Source: Polyangiaceae bacterium (GTDB lineage: Bacteria; Myxococcota_A; Polyangia; Polyangiales; Polyangiaceae). From it: 64,000 bases of DNA. This document shows positions 21,036 to 31,080 of the stretch, piece after piece (the stretch's first letter is position 1; the number at the start of each line of letters is the position of its first letter). A program made the translations under genes and the position numbers. The stretch lies in assembly GCA_035063585.1 (NCBI GenBank), contig JAPSGB010000003.1:390365-454364 (forward strand), in the 5' to 3' direction. The notes beneath the pieces were generated by a model. The model did no database searches and was not told the origin of the DNA. It saw only the letters and a list, made by a program, of their open reading frames with translations.

Positions 21036-22199
21036 ATGGCGGATATCGCAATCATCGAGGCGGTTCGTTCCGCGGTCGGCAAGGCCGGGAAGGGCTCGCT
21101 CGCGCACAAACGCCCGGACGAGCTCGCTGGCGAGGTGATCGCCGGGCTCCTCGCGCGCGTCCCGGCGCTCGAGCCCGACATGATCGACGACGTAGTGCTC
21201 GGCTGCGCGATGCCGGAGGGCGAGCAAGGGCTCAACGTGGCGCGGGTCGCCGCGCTGCTCGCCGGGCTGCCGGTCGAGACGGGCGGCATGACGGTGAACC
21301 GCTTCTGCTCGAGCGGGCTGCAGGCGATCGCGATCGCGGCGGGAGCGGTCGCGCTCGGCTCGCACGAGATCGTGGTGGCCGGCGGCGTGGAGAGCATGAG
21401 CATGGTGCCCATGACGGGTAACAAGATCAGCGTGAGCCCGGTCGCCATGAGCCATGGCGGTGGTGTGTACACCCCGATGGGCATCACCGCCGAGAACGTG
21501 GCCCAGCGCTTCGAGGTGAGCCGCGAGGCGCAGGACGCCTTCGCGCTCGAGAGCCAACAAAAGGCGGCGCGCGCCCGGGCCGCGGGGAACTTCGAGGACG
21601 AGGTCGTGACCGTCAGGGCCGTTCGCTACGAGGGGGGCAAGCACGTCGAGTTCGATTTTCGCACCGATGAGCTCATTCGCCCCGACACCACCCTGGAGGG
21701 GCTCGCGCGCCTGAAGCCGAGTTTCGCGGTGAACGGCTCGGTCACCCCGGGCAATGCCTCGCCGCTCAGCGACGGCGCCGCCGCGGCCCTCGTGATGTCG
21801 AAAGAGAAGGCGGCGGCGCTCGGTATCAGGCCGCGCGCCTGGTTCCGGCACTTCACGACCGCCGGGGTCGATCCGACCATCATGGGCATTGGCCCCATCC
21901 CGGCGGTGGAGAAGCTCTTCCGTCAGACGGGGCTCGCGATGAAGGACATCGACGTCATCGAGCTGAACGAGGCGTTCGCGTCGCAGTCGGTGGTCGTAAA
22001 GCGCAAGCTCGACATACCGAGCGAGAAGCTCAACCCGAGCGGCGGCGCCATCGCGCTCGGGCACCCGCTCGGCTGCACCGGCGCCAAGCTGGTGGCCACC
22101 ATCATCCGCGAGCTCGAGCGGCGCAAGGCGCGGCGCGGCATCGTGACCATGTGCATCGGCGGCGGGATGGGCGCCGCGGGGCTCATCGAGCTCGCCTGA
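21036..22199 (+). CDS. fadA: Acetyl-CoA C-acyltransferase (thiolase)
   Basis: NRFCSSGLQ, NEAFA, GGAIALGHPLG and MCIGGG motifs. Confidence 0.9.
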   Translation: MADIAIIEAVRSAVGKAGKGSLAHKRPDELAGEVIAGLLARVPALEPDMIDDVVLGCAMPEGEQGLNVARVAALLAGLPVETGGMTVNRFCSSGLQAIAIAAGAVALGSHEIVVAGGVESMSMVPMTGNKISVSPVAMSHGGGVYTPMGITAENVAQRFEVSREAQDAFALESQQKAARARAAGNFEDEVVTVRAVRYEGGKHVEFDFRTDELIRPDTTLEGLARLKPSFAVNGSVTPGNASPLSDGAAAALVMSKEKAAALGIRPRAWFRHFTTAGVDPTIMGIGPIPAVEKLFRQTGLAMKDIDVIELNEAFASQSVVVKRKLDIPSEKLNPSGGAIALGHPLGCTGAKLVATIIRELERRKARRGIVTMCIGGGMGAAGLIELA

Positions 22200-22303
22200 G
22201 CCGCGGCTGCTCGGGTAGGGCCGGCGGCGAGCGCCGGGCGTGCCGCTCCCGGCTTTCCCTCCCGCCCGGCGTGGTCTAACGTCGGACGCGGGAGGCAGAC
22301 TTC

Positions 22304-23830
22304 ATGAGCTTGAACCTCGCGCTCGTGCTCCGAGAGAGCGCACGACGCAGCCCTGACGCCATCGCCCTCGGCATCGGCGACACACGGATGAGCTACGCCA
22401 AGCTCGACGAGCTCGCGCGCCGCTTCGCTGGCGCGCTCGCTGGGCTCGGGCTCACGCGCGGTGAGCACGTGGCGCTCATGCTGCCGAACGTTCCCGGTTT
22501 CACCATCGCCTATTTCGGCGCGCACTACGCGGGCGCCGCGGTGGTGCCGCTGAATGTGCTCCTCACCGCGGACGAGATCGCCTACCACCTCGAGGACTCC
22601 CGCGCGGTGGCGCTCGTGGTGTGGGAAGGTTTCGCCGAGCAAGCGGCCGTCGCCTTCGCGCGGGTCGCCTCGTGCAAGCATCTCATCCTTGCCCGCGCGG
22701 ATGCGAGCGATCTCACGGCGCCGGGCGGTGCGAAGAACATGTCCGCGCTCATCGGCGGCGCGACGCCGGTCACCGAGCTCCCCGACACGACCGCCGAAGA
22801 CACGGCCGTGATCCTCTACACCTCCGGGACCACCGGGCGGCCGAAGGGTGCGGAGCTCACGCACTTCAACATGTTCTATAACGCGCAGTTCACCGCGACG
22901 CGGCTCCTGCCGATGGGCCCGGACACCATCGCGCTCGCCGTCCTCCCGCTGTTTCACAGCTTCGGGCAGACGGTGATGCACAACGCCGTGCTGTTCGCGG
23001 GTGGGCAGATCGTGCTCTTGCCCCGCTTCGAGCCGAAGGCGGCCTTCGAGGTGATGCAGGCGCGCAAGGTGTCGCTCTTCGCCGGCGTCCCGACCATGTA
23101 TTTTGCGCTGCTTCATCACCCGGAGGCGGCGAAGTACGATCTCTCGAGCTTACGCTTTTGCGCCTCGGGGGGCGCCGCGATGCCGGTCGAGGTGATGCGC
23201 GCGTTCGACGCGAAGTACGGCGTGAACATCCTCGAGGGCTATGGGCTCTCCGAGACGTCGCCGGTGGCGAGCTTCAACGTGCTCGATCGGCCGAAGAAGG
23301 CCGGCTCCATCGGGCTCCCGATCTGGGGCGTCGAGTTTCGCTTGGTGGACGCCGCGGGCGCCGTCATCCTCGCGAATGACGTCCCGGGTGAGATCCAGAT
23401 CAAGGGGCACAACGTGATGAAGGGCTATTTCGAGCGGCCCGAGGCCACCGCCGAGGCCATCCGCGGTGGGTGGTTCGCGACCGGCGACATCGCGACGCGC
23501 GACGCGGAGGGCTACTACTTCATCGTCGATCGCAAGAAGGACATGGTCATCCGCGGTGGCTATAACGTGTACCCGCGCGAGATCGAGGAGGTGCTCTACG
23601 CGCACCCGGCGATCGCCGAGGTTGCGGTCATCGGCGTGCCGGACGCGTCGCACGGCGAGGAGGTGAAGGCCGTCCTCGTGCTGAAGGCCGGCGCCACGCT
23701 CACCGCGGACGAGGTCATCGCCTACACGCGAGAGCACTTGGCCGCGTACAAGTATCCGCGGCTCATCGAGTTCCGCGACGCGCTGCCGAAGGGCCCGACC
23801 GGCAAGATCCTGAAGCGCGAGCTCCGCTGA
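22304..23830 (+). CDS. Long-chain fatty acid-CoA ligase
   Basis: YTSGTTGRPKG, EGYGLSET, TGD and PKGPTGKILK motifs. Confidence 0.9.
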   Translation: MSLNLALVLRESARRSPDAIALGIGDTRMSYAKLDELARRFAGALAGLGLTRGEHVALMLPNVPGFTIAYFGAHYAGAAVVPLNVLLTADEIAYHLEDSRAVALVVWEGFAEQAAVAFARVASCKHLILARADASDLTAPGGAKNMSALIGGATPVTELPDTTAEDTAVILYTSGTTGRPKGAELTHFNMFYNAQFTATRLLPMGPDTIALAVLPLFHSFGQTVMHNAVLFAGGQIVLLPRFEPKAAFEVMQARKVSLFAGVPTMYFALLHHPEAAKYDLSSLRFCASGGAAMPVEVMRAFDAKYGVNILEGYGLSETSPVASFNVLDRPKKAGSIGLPIWGVEFRLVDAAGAVILANDVPGEIQIKGHNVMKGYFERPEATAEAIRGGWFATGDIATRDAEGYYFIVDRKKDMVIRGGYNVYPREIEEVLYAHPAIAEVAVIGVPDASHGEEVKAVLVLKAGATLTADEVIAYTREHLAAYKYPRLIEFRDALPKGPTGKILKRELR

Positions 23831-23891
23831 GACGCGGCGGCGCGAGGCCGTCGCGAGCCGCTCGGGACGCGCTCGGGGCTCGCGCCGCAGC

Positions 23892-23920
23892 TTGACGCAC
23901 TTCAGCGCTAGCGGCATGAT
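23892..23920 (+). promoter_or_regulatory. Sigma70-type promoter, probably leaderless transcript
   Basis: TTGACG-17 nt-CATGAT, 6 nt before ATG 23927, no SD. Confidence 0.5.
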
Positions 23921-23926
23921 TCAAGC

Positions 23927-24940
23927 ATGCTTCGTCGGGTGTTGGGCGTAGCCTCTCTCGCCGCCCCGCTCATCGTCGGCGCGTGCGGCTCTTCGAGCGG
24001 CGACGACTTCTTCGCCGGAGGCGGCGCGAGCGGTGGCTCACCCGGAACCGGAGGGATGAACGCGGCAGGAGCCGGGGGTGGCGCCGGCGCGGGGAGTGGA
24101 GGCGCGGGCGCGGGCGGGCTCGTCGGCACGGGCGGCGGCGGGGCCGGTTCGGCGGGGGCTGGTGCCGCGGGCTGCGACCTCTCCGGTCGATGGGCCTCTT
24201 ACGCCGAGATCCGCGTGAGTTGGCCGGGGACGGCCGTGATCGAGGGAGGCAGCGGCGCGATCCAGGTCTGGCTCTTGCACGAGCGTACGCAGGCGGGGAG
24301 TGCCGTGGATGACGTCGTGCACCTCTGCGGGGTGCAGCTCCCCGGCTTCGACACCGGGCTACTCGGCGCCTACGAAAAGTACGCCGTGCGCTTCCTCGCC
24401 GAGACGTTCGATCCGTTTCCGACCTTCCCGGCGCGCGCGACCGTCGATCCGGCGGGGGCGGTCGCGTCGGAGCCCTTCGCGATCGTGTTCGGCGTAAGGC
24501 TCGCCAATCCGCTGGTCGACGCCTGGCCGGCGCTGAGCAAGCTCCAGTCGGAGGACACCGACGTCGACGGGAACCCCGCGGTCACGGTGTCATGCGAGCG
24601 AGGCGGGGGCCACTCGCTGCCTCCGGTAGAGATTTCTCGGTTGAAGCGCGCCAAGGCGCTCTTCGTCGCGTCGCGCACGGCGGCGAAGCTCGCGGCGTCG
24701 CTCGCCGGTTGCGATGAGATGAGCGGCACGGTGACCGCCGTGCCGGTCGGCCAGGGCTCCGGGATCGGCTCGCACATCACCGGGTGCGAGCTCGAGGGCG
24801 GAGGGTCCTGCAGCCCAGCGCAAGCCTCGTTCGTGGACTCGAACTCTCCGGTGTTCGGCCCGGCCGAAGGGAGCACGTTCACCTCGAGACGTGTCGACGC
24901 CGGAGCGACCTGCGCCAACGTGCGAGGGATGTACCCCTGA
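23927..24940 (+). CDS. Hypothetical lipoprotein
   Basis: Lipobox VGAC, Gly-rich linker and a Cys-containing globular domain. Confidence 0.65.
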   Translation: MLRRVLGVASLAAPLIVGACGSSSGDDFFAGGGASGGSPGTGGMNAAGAGGGAGAGSGGAGAGGLVGTGGGGAGSAGAGAAGCDLSGRWASYAEIRVSWPGTAVIEGGSGAIQVWLLHERTQAGSAVDDVVHLCGVQLPGFDTGLLGAYEKYAVRFLAETFDPFPTFPARATVDPAGAVASEPFAIVFGVRLANPLVDAWPALSKLQSEDTDVDGNPAVTVSCERGGGHSLPPVEISRLKRAKALFVASRTAAKLAASLAGCDEMSGTVTAVPVGQGSGIGSHITGCELEGGGSCSPAQASFVDSNSPVFGPAEGSTFTSRRVDAGATCANVRGMYP

Positions 24941-25049
24941 GGAGCAGGCGGTCCCCGCGCGCTGGGCCCGCCGCGCACGCCGAGGTCTCCGGAGCGCGGC
25001 GAGTCCGTCGAGGTTGTGAAGCGAGCCGGGGACGGGCATCATCTGACGG

Positions 25050-26276
25050 ATGCTGAGAGTTCGAGCGTCGTGGTGGCGCGGCGCGCCCGCTGGTCGTGCG
25101 CTCGCGGGCGCGATCTCGCTCGGGGCAGTGGCGTGCGGCGCCGCCCCGACCGACGGAGATTTTCACGGAGAGGAGCCCATCGGCGAGGTCCGACAGGGCA
25201 TAACGGTCGATCAAGCCGTCTCGGGTGGCTGCTCGACCGCGACCGTGGCCGGGCTAAATCAGCAGATCATCGACGGGATGAACTGCCTCATCGCCGGTGG
25301 CGCGCTGAAGGAGGTCCCCGCGCGCTCGAACTTCAAGAAGGGCGGGACCACGCTCGCCTGGATGCAGCCCGCGGCGGTCGACGCGCTGGTGGCGGCGCTC
25401 GATGCGCGGCCGACCACCACGTTTACCGCGAACTCGATGTTCCGCACGGTCGCCGCGCAGTACCTGCTCTATCGCTGGTACGAGGCGGGAAGATGCGGCA
25501 TCCAGCTGGCGGCTCCCCCGGGCACCTCGAACCACGAGTCCGGGCTCGCGATCGACGTGCAGGAGTACTCTACCTGGCGGTCGACGCTCGAGGCGCGCGG
25601 CTTCGTCTGGCTCGGCAGCGGCGACGTGGTCCACTACGATTACAAGGGCGCGGGCGCCACCAACTTGAAGGGCAAGGACGTCCTCGCGTATCAGAGGCTC
25701 TGGAACCTGAACCACCCCGAGGATCTCCTCGACGAGGACGGCGTCTACGGCCCGCAGACGGGCGCGCGGCTCGCGAAATCGCCGGTGGACGGCTTCGCCA
25801 AGCCGCCGACGTGCGGCTCCGGCGGGGCGGGCGGCGCGGGCGGTGGGACGGGTACCGGGACCGGCGGCGCCGCCGGGACCGGCGGCGGCGCGGGCGCGCC
25901 GGGGAGCGCGGGCTCGGCGGGCGCGGCAGGTGCGTCCGGCGGCGGTGGCGCAGCCGGCTCGTGGGTGGGCGACGGTTCGCTCTGCACCCCCGGCGAAGCG
26001 GCCTCGTGCGTGTGCCCGCGGAGCGAAACGGGCTATCAGCTCTGCGCGGCGGACGGCGAGAGCTACGACGACTGCCACTGCCTCGCGTCGTCCGGCACGG
26101 GGGGCGGTGGCCAGGCGACGCACACGAGTGCGGACGCCGGCGCCGGCTGCTCGTGCGCCATGCCGGGGCGCGGGCGCGCGCATGCGGCGTGGCTCTGGGC
26201 GCTGCTGCCCGCCTCGGTGGTCGTCCTGCGGCGCTGGCGCGTCCGAGTTCGGTCCGGCCGCTCGCGGGATTGCTAG
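25050..26276 (+). CDS. M15-family (D,D-carboxypeptidase-like) peptidase lipoprotein with PG-binding-like region and MYXO-CTERM-like tail
   Basis: SMFRT..QY, SNHESGLAID (SxHxxGxAxD), DVVHY and DGVYGPQT; C-terminal GCSC..W..hydrophobic..RRWR. Confidence 0.75.
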   Translation: MLRVRASWWRGAPAGRALAGAISLGAVACGAAPTDGDFHGEEPIGEVRQGITVDQAVSGGCSTATVAGLNQQIIDGMNCLIAGGALKEVPARSNFKKGGTTLAWMQPAAVDALVAALDARPTTTFTANSMFRTVAAQYLLYRWYEAGRCGIQLAAPPGTSNHESGLAIDVQEYSTWRSTLEARGFVWLGSGDVVHYDYKGAGATNLKGKDVLAYQRLWNLNHPEDLLDEDGVYGPQTGARLAKSPVDGFAKPPTCGSGGAGGAGGGTGTGTGGAAGTGGGAGAPGSAGSAGAAGASGGGGAAGSWVGDGSLCTPGEAASCVCPRSETGYQLCAADGESYDDCHCLASSGTGGGGQATHTSADAGAGCSCAMPGRGRAHAAWLWALLPASVVVLRRWRVRVRSGRSRDC

Positions 26277-26339
26277 GTCAGGGGGGCTCGGGGCGCTATC
26301 ATGGCGCCCCATTTTCCTCTTCTCATCTTGGAGGAGCTC

Positions 26340-27371
26340 GTGCCCAACGCGTTCATCTCAGGAACCGGATTCTACGTGCCGCCCGAGATCGTGACCAACG
26401 ACGATCTCGCGAGCCGCTTCGGCATCGACACCTCGAACGACTGGATCGTCCAGCGGACCGGGATCGAGGCGCGGCACTTCGCGGAGACCGGCGTCGCCAC
26501 CTCGGACCTGGCCGTCCCGGCCGCCGAGCAAGCCATCGAGCGCGCCGGCATCGATAAGCGCGACCTCGACATGATCATCTTCGCGACGCTCTCGCCCGAT
26601 CATGCGTTTCCGGGCTCGGGCGTCTACCTCCAGCAGAAGCTCGGGCTATGCGACGGCGACCACCCGAAGTTCGTGCCGGCCCTCGACGTCCGTAACCAAT
26701 GCTCGGGCTTCGTCTATGCGCTGGCTACCGCGGCGAGCATGGTGAAATCGGGCGGCGCGCGGCACGTGCTCGTGGTGGGCGCCGAGAAGCACTCCGCGGC
26801 GCTCGACCTCACCACGCGCGGACGCACGGTGGCGTCGCTCTTCGGCGACGGCGCGGGCGCGGTGGTGGTGAGCCGGACGGACGAGGATCGCGGTATCCGC
26901 GGCTACTATCTCGGCGCCGATGGGCGTCACGCGGACGTCCTCGCGCAGCGGGTGTGGGACATCAAGAATCGCCCCTTCATCCCGCTCGGCGAGGACGGCA
27001 TGGGGCGTCTCCCGCCGGAGGACATGTTCGCTCAGATGAACGGCAAGGTCGTGTTCCGCCACGCCGTCGAGCGGATGATTGGCGCGCTCATGCAGGCGTG
27101 CATGGCCGAGAACATCACCCGAGACGACATCGATCTCTTCGTCTTTCACCAGGCGAACATGCGGATCAACGAGTACGTCGCCAAGCAGATCGGCATCCCG
27201 GAGAACCGGCTCGTCCACAACATCCAGCGCTATGGCAACACCACCGCTGCGACCATCCCCATCTTGCTCGCCGAGGCCGAGCGGAGCGGGAAGCTCGAGC
27301 CGGGGATGAAGGTCGCCATGGTCGCCTTCGGCTCGGGCTTCACCTGGGGCTCGGTGATCGCCGACTGGTGA
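26340..27371 (+). CDS. fabH: 3-oxoacyl-ACP synthase III family
   Basis: NQCSGF, FGDGAGA, HQAN, GNTTAA and FGSGFTWG; SD GGAGGAG before GTG 26340. Confidence 0.85.
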   Translation: MPNAFISGTGFYVPPEIVTNDDLASRFGIDTSNDWIVQRTGIEARHFAETGVATSDLAVPAAEQAIERAGIDKRDLDMIIFATLSPDHAFPGSGVYLQQKLGLCDGDHPKFVPALDVRNQCSGFVYALATAASMVKSGGARHVLVVGAEKHSAALDLTTRGRTVASLFGDGAGAVVVSRTDEDRGIRGYYLGADGRHADVLAQRVWDIKNRPFIPLGEDGMGRLPPEDMFAQMNGKVVFRHAVERMIGALMQACMAENITRDDIDLFVFHQANMRINEYVAKQIGIPENRLVHNIQRYGNTTAATIPILLAEAERSGKLEPGMKVAMVAFGSGFTWGSVIADW

Positions 27372-27402
27372 GCCCGCGCGCGCCGGCGCCGAGGAGCGGC
27401 GA

Positions 27403-27825
27403 GTGAGCGAGCTCATCCGCGTGGTTGGAGCGGCGATCCTCCGCGACGGTCGCTGTCTGGTCGCGCGCCGGAGCGCCCGCATGTCCGCCCCGCTCGCCTG
27501 GGAGTTTCCGGGTGGAAAGATCGAGCCCGGTGAGACGCCCGAGGCCGCGCTCGTGCGCGAGCTCCGAGAGGAACTCGGCGTGGAGGTCGAGGTCCGAGAG
27601 TGGCTGGGGCGGGGCGTGGCGGGCGCCGTGCGCCTCGACGTCTTCGTGGCTCGCCTGATGGAAGGAGAGCCGGTGCCCCGCGAGCATTGCGAGCTGCGCT
27701 GGGCGCGCGCCGACGAGCTCGGGCGCTTCGCGTGGGCCGCGGCGGACGTGCCGGTGGTGAAGCGCGTCGCGGCGCGCCTCGGCGGTGGCCCTCAGTCCTC
27801 GAGCGAACCGCCGCGGAGCTCGTAG
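27403..27825 (+). CDS. NUDIX hydrolase, MutT/NudG-like
   Basis: WEFPGGKIEPGETPEAALVRELREELGV Nudix box. Confidence 0.9.
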   Translation: MSELIRVVGAAILRDGRCLVARRSARMSAPLAWEFPGGKIEPGETPEAALVRELREELGVEVEVREWLGRGVAGAVRLDVFVARLMEGEPVPREHCELRWARADELGRFAWAAADVPVVKRVAARLGGGPQSSSEPPRSS

Positions 27826-29150
27826 CGCTGGAGCAAGCGGTAGAGGTACATCCGGTCCATCTTGGCGAGCCGCGCGGCGCGGCTGATGTTGCCGTCGGCG
27901 GCGGAGAGCAGCGCCTCGAGGTAGCGCCGCTCGAACGCGGAGACGACCTGCTCCTTGGCGACCTTGAAGGGGACGTCCGGTGTGAGCTGGCTCGCGGCGG
28001 CGGCGGGGGGCGCCTCCGAGGGGCGGCGTGTGGAGGCGGGCGCGGCCTGATCGAGCACCACGGTGCGCTCGACGTAGTTGCGGAGCTCGCGGACGTTTCC
28101 CGGCCAATCATGGCGCGTCATGTCCGCCAGCACCGCGGGCGTGAACAGGTGCAGGGAGTCCTCCGCGTTCAGGGAACCGAGCACCACGCGCACGAGCAGG
28201 AGCAGATCTTCGCGTCGCTCGCGCAGGGGCGGCACCCGCACCGTCACCACACCGAGACGAAAATAGAGATCCTCACGGAACCGTCCGTGGTTCACCTCCC
28301 GCTCGAGTCGGCGGTTGGTGGCGGCGAGCACGCGCACATCGACCCGGCGCGCCTCGTTCTCGCCTACTCGGCGGATCTCGCGCGCCTCCAGCGCGCGGAG
28401 CAGCTTCGGCTGCATCGAGAGCGGGAGCTCCCCAATCTCGTCGAGGAAGATGGTGCCACCGTCGGCCGCCTCGAACGCGCCGACGCGCGCGTGCTCGGCC
28501 CCGGTGAAGGCTCCGCGCGCGTGACCGAAGAGCTCGCTCTCGATGAGGCTCGGCGAGATCGAGCTGCAATCGACGATGAGGAACGGCCGCTCCGCGCGCT
28601 CGCCGCGCCGCGCGAGCTCGGTGGCGACCAGCTCCTTGCCCGTGCCGCTCTCCCCCTCGATGAGCACCGTCGCGTCGCTCTTCGCCACTTTGTCGAGCAC
28701 CGCGAACAGGTGCCGCATCGCGCGCGACTCGCCGTAGAGCTCGCCGAAGCTCGCGCGCTCCGGGAGCGACTCGACCGAGGTCGAGCGGAGCTCGCGCACG
28801 CGGACGACGGAGTCACCGAGCTCGATGCGGCACGACGGCAGCGGCAGCTCCGCTTCGCGAACGCGCACGCCGTTCACGACCGTCCCGTTCAGTGAGCCGG
28901 CGTCGCTCAGCGCCCACCCGCTCTCACCGCGCGTGAGTCGGCAATGAAAGCGGGACACTCTCGGATCGGCGAGCGCGAGCTCGTTGCTCGGGTTCGAGCC
29001 GAGGCGGAAGAGCGCTCCGTCGAGCACCAGCGTCCGACCGCTCGGCACCCCGGCCTCGCGCTCCACCACGAGCTCGAGGCGGGGCACCGGGAGCGCGCTC
29101 ATGATGCCGCGCAGCGTCTGCAACTGACTCCCGCGCTCGCTTCCGCTCAT
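27792..29150 (-). CDS. FHA-domain sigma54 enhancer-binding protein
   Basis: FHA-like VSRFH..GSLNGT, then [24 protein letters not shown] and Fis HTH. Confidence 0.9.
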   Translation of the reverse strand: MSGSERGSQLQTLRGIMSALPVPRLELVVEREAGVPSGRTLVLDGALFRLGSNPSNELALADPRVSRFHCRLTRGESGWALSDAGSLNGTVVNGVRVREAELPLPSCRIELGDSVVRVRELRSTSVESLPERASFGELYGESRAMRHLFAVLDKVAKSDATVLIEGESGTGKELVATELARRGERAERPFLIVDCSSISPSLIESELFGHARGAFTGAEHARVGAFEAADGGTIFLDEIGELPLSMQPKLLRALEAREIRRVGENEARRVDVRVLAATNRRLEREVNHGRFREDLYFRLGVVTVRVPPLRERREDLLLLVRVVLGSLNAEDSLHLFTPAVLADMTRHDWPGNVRELRNYVERTVVLDQAAPASTRRPSEAPPAAAASQLTPDVPFKVAKEQVVSAFERRYLEALLSAADGNISRAARLAKMDRMYLYRLLQRYELRGGSLED

Positions 29151-29314
29151 CCTTCACCTCCGACCGAGTTGCTGCCCACAGGCATCACCTGCTGCTGCCT
29201 CGAGGGAGCAACTTGCGCTCGTTCGCGGCTCGTCGCCGCTCGGCAAGCCGAAGGATATCAGGAAGATGTGCCCGTGGGTCTGCGCCGGAACGGTCCTTGT
29301 ATGGGACCTCGCTC

Positions 29315-30319
29315 ATGCGCCTCTTCGCCACCCTGATGTTCCCCGCGCTCTTGCTGTCGACCCCGGCCGGCGAGCCGCGCGCCGTGACCGCGGCGAGCGC
29401 GCTGGCGGCCGCGCTGCCCACAGTGGACCACCTCGGCGCCGCGCCTACCGGCGAGCCGGCGGCTTCGCGCGTCGAGCCGTCGTCGCATGCGCTCGCGGCC
29501 GAGCTGGCGCCGCCGAGCGAGCCCGCGCTGACGGCCGAGCCCACCCTGTCCCCGAGCGCGCCGGTTCGCGTCCAGGCCCGCTCCGGCAAGGTGGTGCTGC
29601 TCCCTCGCGGCTGCGCGTCGGCGTCCGGCCGCTTCGACCTCGTCGTGCATTTCCACGGCGCCCCTGCGCGCGTCACCGAGCTCTTCGAGCGCTCGGGCCT
29701 CGACGCGGTGCTGGTCGTAGTGAACCTCGGCGCCGGGTCGGGGCCGTACGAGAACACCTTCGCGCGGCCCGGCTCTCTCGACGGGTTCCTCGCGAGCGTC
29801 GACGCGGTGCTAGGCAGGGCCTGCGGGCGCGCGCCCCGGCAGGTGAAGCGGCTCGCGCTATCGAGCTGGAGCGCCGGCTACGGGGCCACCTACCGGATCC
29901 TCTCGCGCGCCAGCGACGCGGCGCGAGTCGACGCGGTCTTGCTGGCGGACGGGCTCCACGTCGGATTTCGCGGCGGATTCCGCAAGGTCGACGGGCTCCA
30001 GCTCGCCCCATTCGAGCAGTTCGCTGCCGCCGCCGCGCGCGGAGAGCGGCTCATGGCCATCTCCCACTCGGCCATCGTTCCGCCCCGCTACGCGAGCACC
30101 ACCGAGACGGCTCACTACCTGCTCGCGTCGCAAGGGGTGACGCCCGCTCGCGAGCGCGAGCCGGGTCCGCGCCGCGGGATGCTCGAGATCTCACGGGGTG
30201 ATCGCGGCGAGCTCCACGTCCGCGGCTTCGCCGGCACGAGCCCCGATGCTCACGCCGATCAACTCTACGCGATGGGCGACACCGTGCTCCCGTTCCTGGT
30301 CGAGCGCTGGCGCCGCTGA
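29315..30319 (+). CDS. Secreted alpha/beta-hydrolase-like protein
   Basis: Signal peptide, VVHFHG, SWSAGY elbow and LADGLH. Confidence 0.55.
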   Translation: MRLFATLMFPALLLSTPAGEPRAVTAASALAAALPTVDHLGAAPTGEPAASRVEPSSHALAAELAPPSEPALTAEPTLSPSAPVRVQARSGKVVLLPRGCASASGRFDLVVHFHGAPARVTELFERSGLDAVLVVVNLGAGSGPYENTFARPGSLDGFLASVDAVLGRACGRAPRQVKRLALSSWSAGYGATYRILSRASDAARVDAVLLADGLHVGFRGGFRKVDGLQLAPFEQFAAAAARGERLMAISHSAIVPPRYASTTETAHYLLASQGVTPAREREPGPRRGMLEISRGDRGELHVRGFAGTSPDAHADQLYAMGDTVLPFLVERWRR

Positions 30320-30437
30320 GCTCCTTCGTGAGGGCGGCGCCGCGGGCGGGGGAGGGGTTTGCCGGGGCGGCGCGGAACCGCGCGTGGCGCTCGCGAGCTT
30401 GGCGCGACGATTCCGTATCGGTTAAGGTGCGGGCCTC

Positions 30438-31073
30438 ATGAGCCTCGAGATCATCGGCGTCGGCTTCGGGCGAACGGGCACCTTGTCGTTGAAGCTCGCG
30501 CTCGACCGCCTCGGTTTCGGTCCGTGCCACCACATGGTCGAGCTCTTCGAACGCCCCGAGCAAGCCCGCGCGTTCATCGCCGCGGCGAACGGCGCAGAGG
30601 TGGATTTCGCGGAGCTCTTCTCAGGCTACCGCGCCGCCGTCGATTGGCCCGCGGTGTACTTCTGGCGAGAGCTCCTCGAGCGCTTCCCGAACGCCAAGGC
30701 GATCCTCACGACGCGTGACGACGACTCCTGGTATGAGAGCATGAAGAAGACCATCTTTCTCGCTCATGAGCGCATCGGGCGGCACGCCGAGGTCCCGCCG
30801 GGCACCGTGCTGGCGATGAACCGGAGGCTGGTTGGGGAGGGGACCTTCGACTGGCGCTTCGACGATCGTGACTACGTGGTCGGCGTGCATCACGCGCACC
30901 TGGCCGCGGTGCGCGCTGCCGTCTCGCCCGAGCGGCTGTTCGAGCTCGACGTGCGCCAGGGCTGGGAGCCGCTCTGCCGTGTGCTCGGGGTGCCGGTGCC
31001 GGATGAGCCGTTCCCGCGCGTCAATTCCACCGAGGATTTCCTGGCGCGGATGACGCGCGTCGAGCGCCGCTGA
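30438..31073 (+). CDS. Sulfotransferase-like P-loop protein (Sulfotransfer_4)
   Basis: GFGRTGTLSL, CHHM, AVDWP, GWEPLC and PFPRVN motifs. Confidence 0.85.
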   Translation: MSLEIIGVGFGRTGTLSLKLALDRLGFGPCHHMVELFERPEQARAFIAAANGAEVDFAELFSGYRAAVDWPAVYFWRELLERFPNAKAILTTRDDDSWYESMKKTIFLAHERIGRHAEVPPGTVLAMNRRLVGEGTFDWRFDDRDYVVGVHHAHLAAVRAAVSPERLFELDVRQGWEPLCRVLGVPVPDEPFPRVNSTEDFLARMTRVERR

Positions 31074-31080
31074 GCGACGC

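Noticed and set aside
14136..21051. Very long antisense ORFs (e.g. 14136-16259, 18754-21051; also 9835-11484, 49896-51998)
   Set aside because: Shadow frames of real high-GC genes, with no recognisable motifs.
29286..29301. Sigma54-like CGGAAC-GGTCC-TTGTA opposite the FHA activator
   Set aside because: The -12 element is GT instead of the near-invariant GC.
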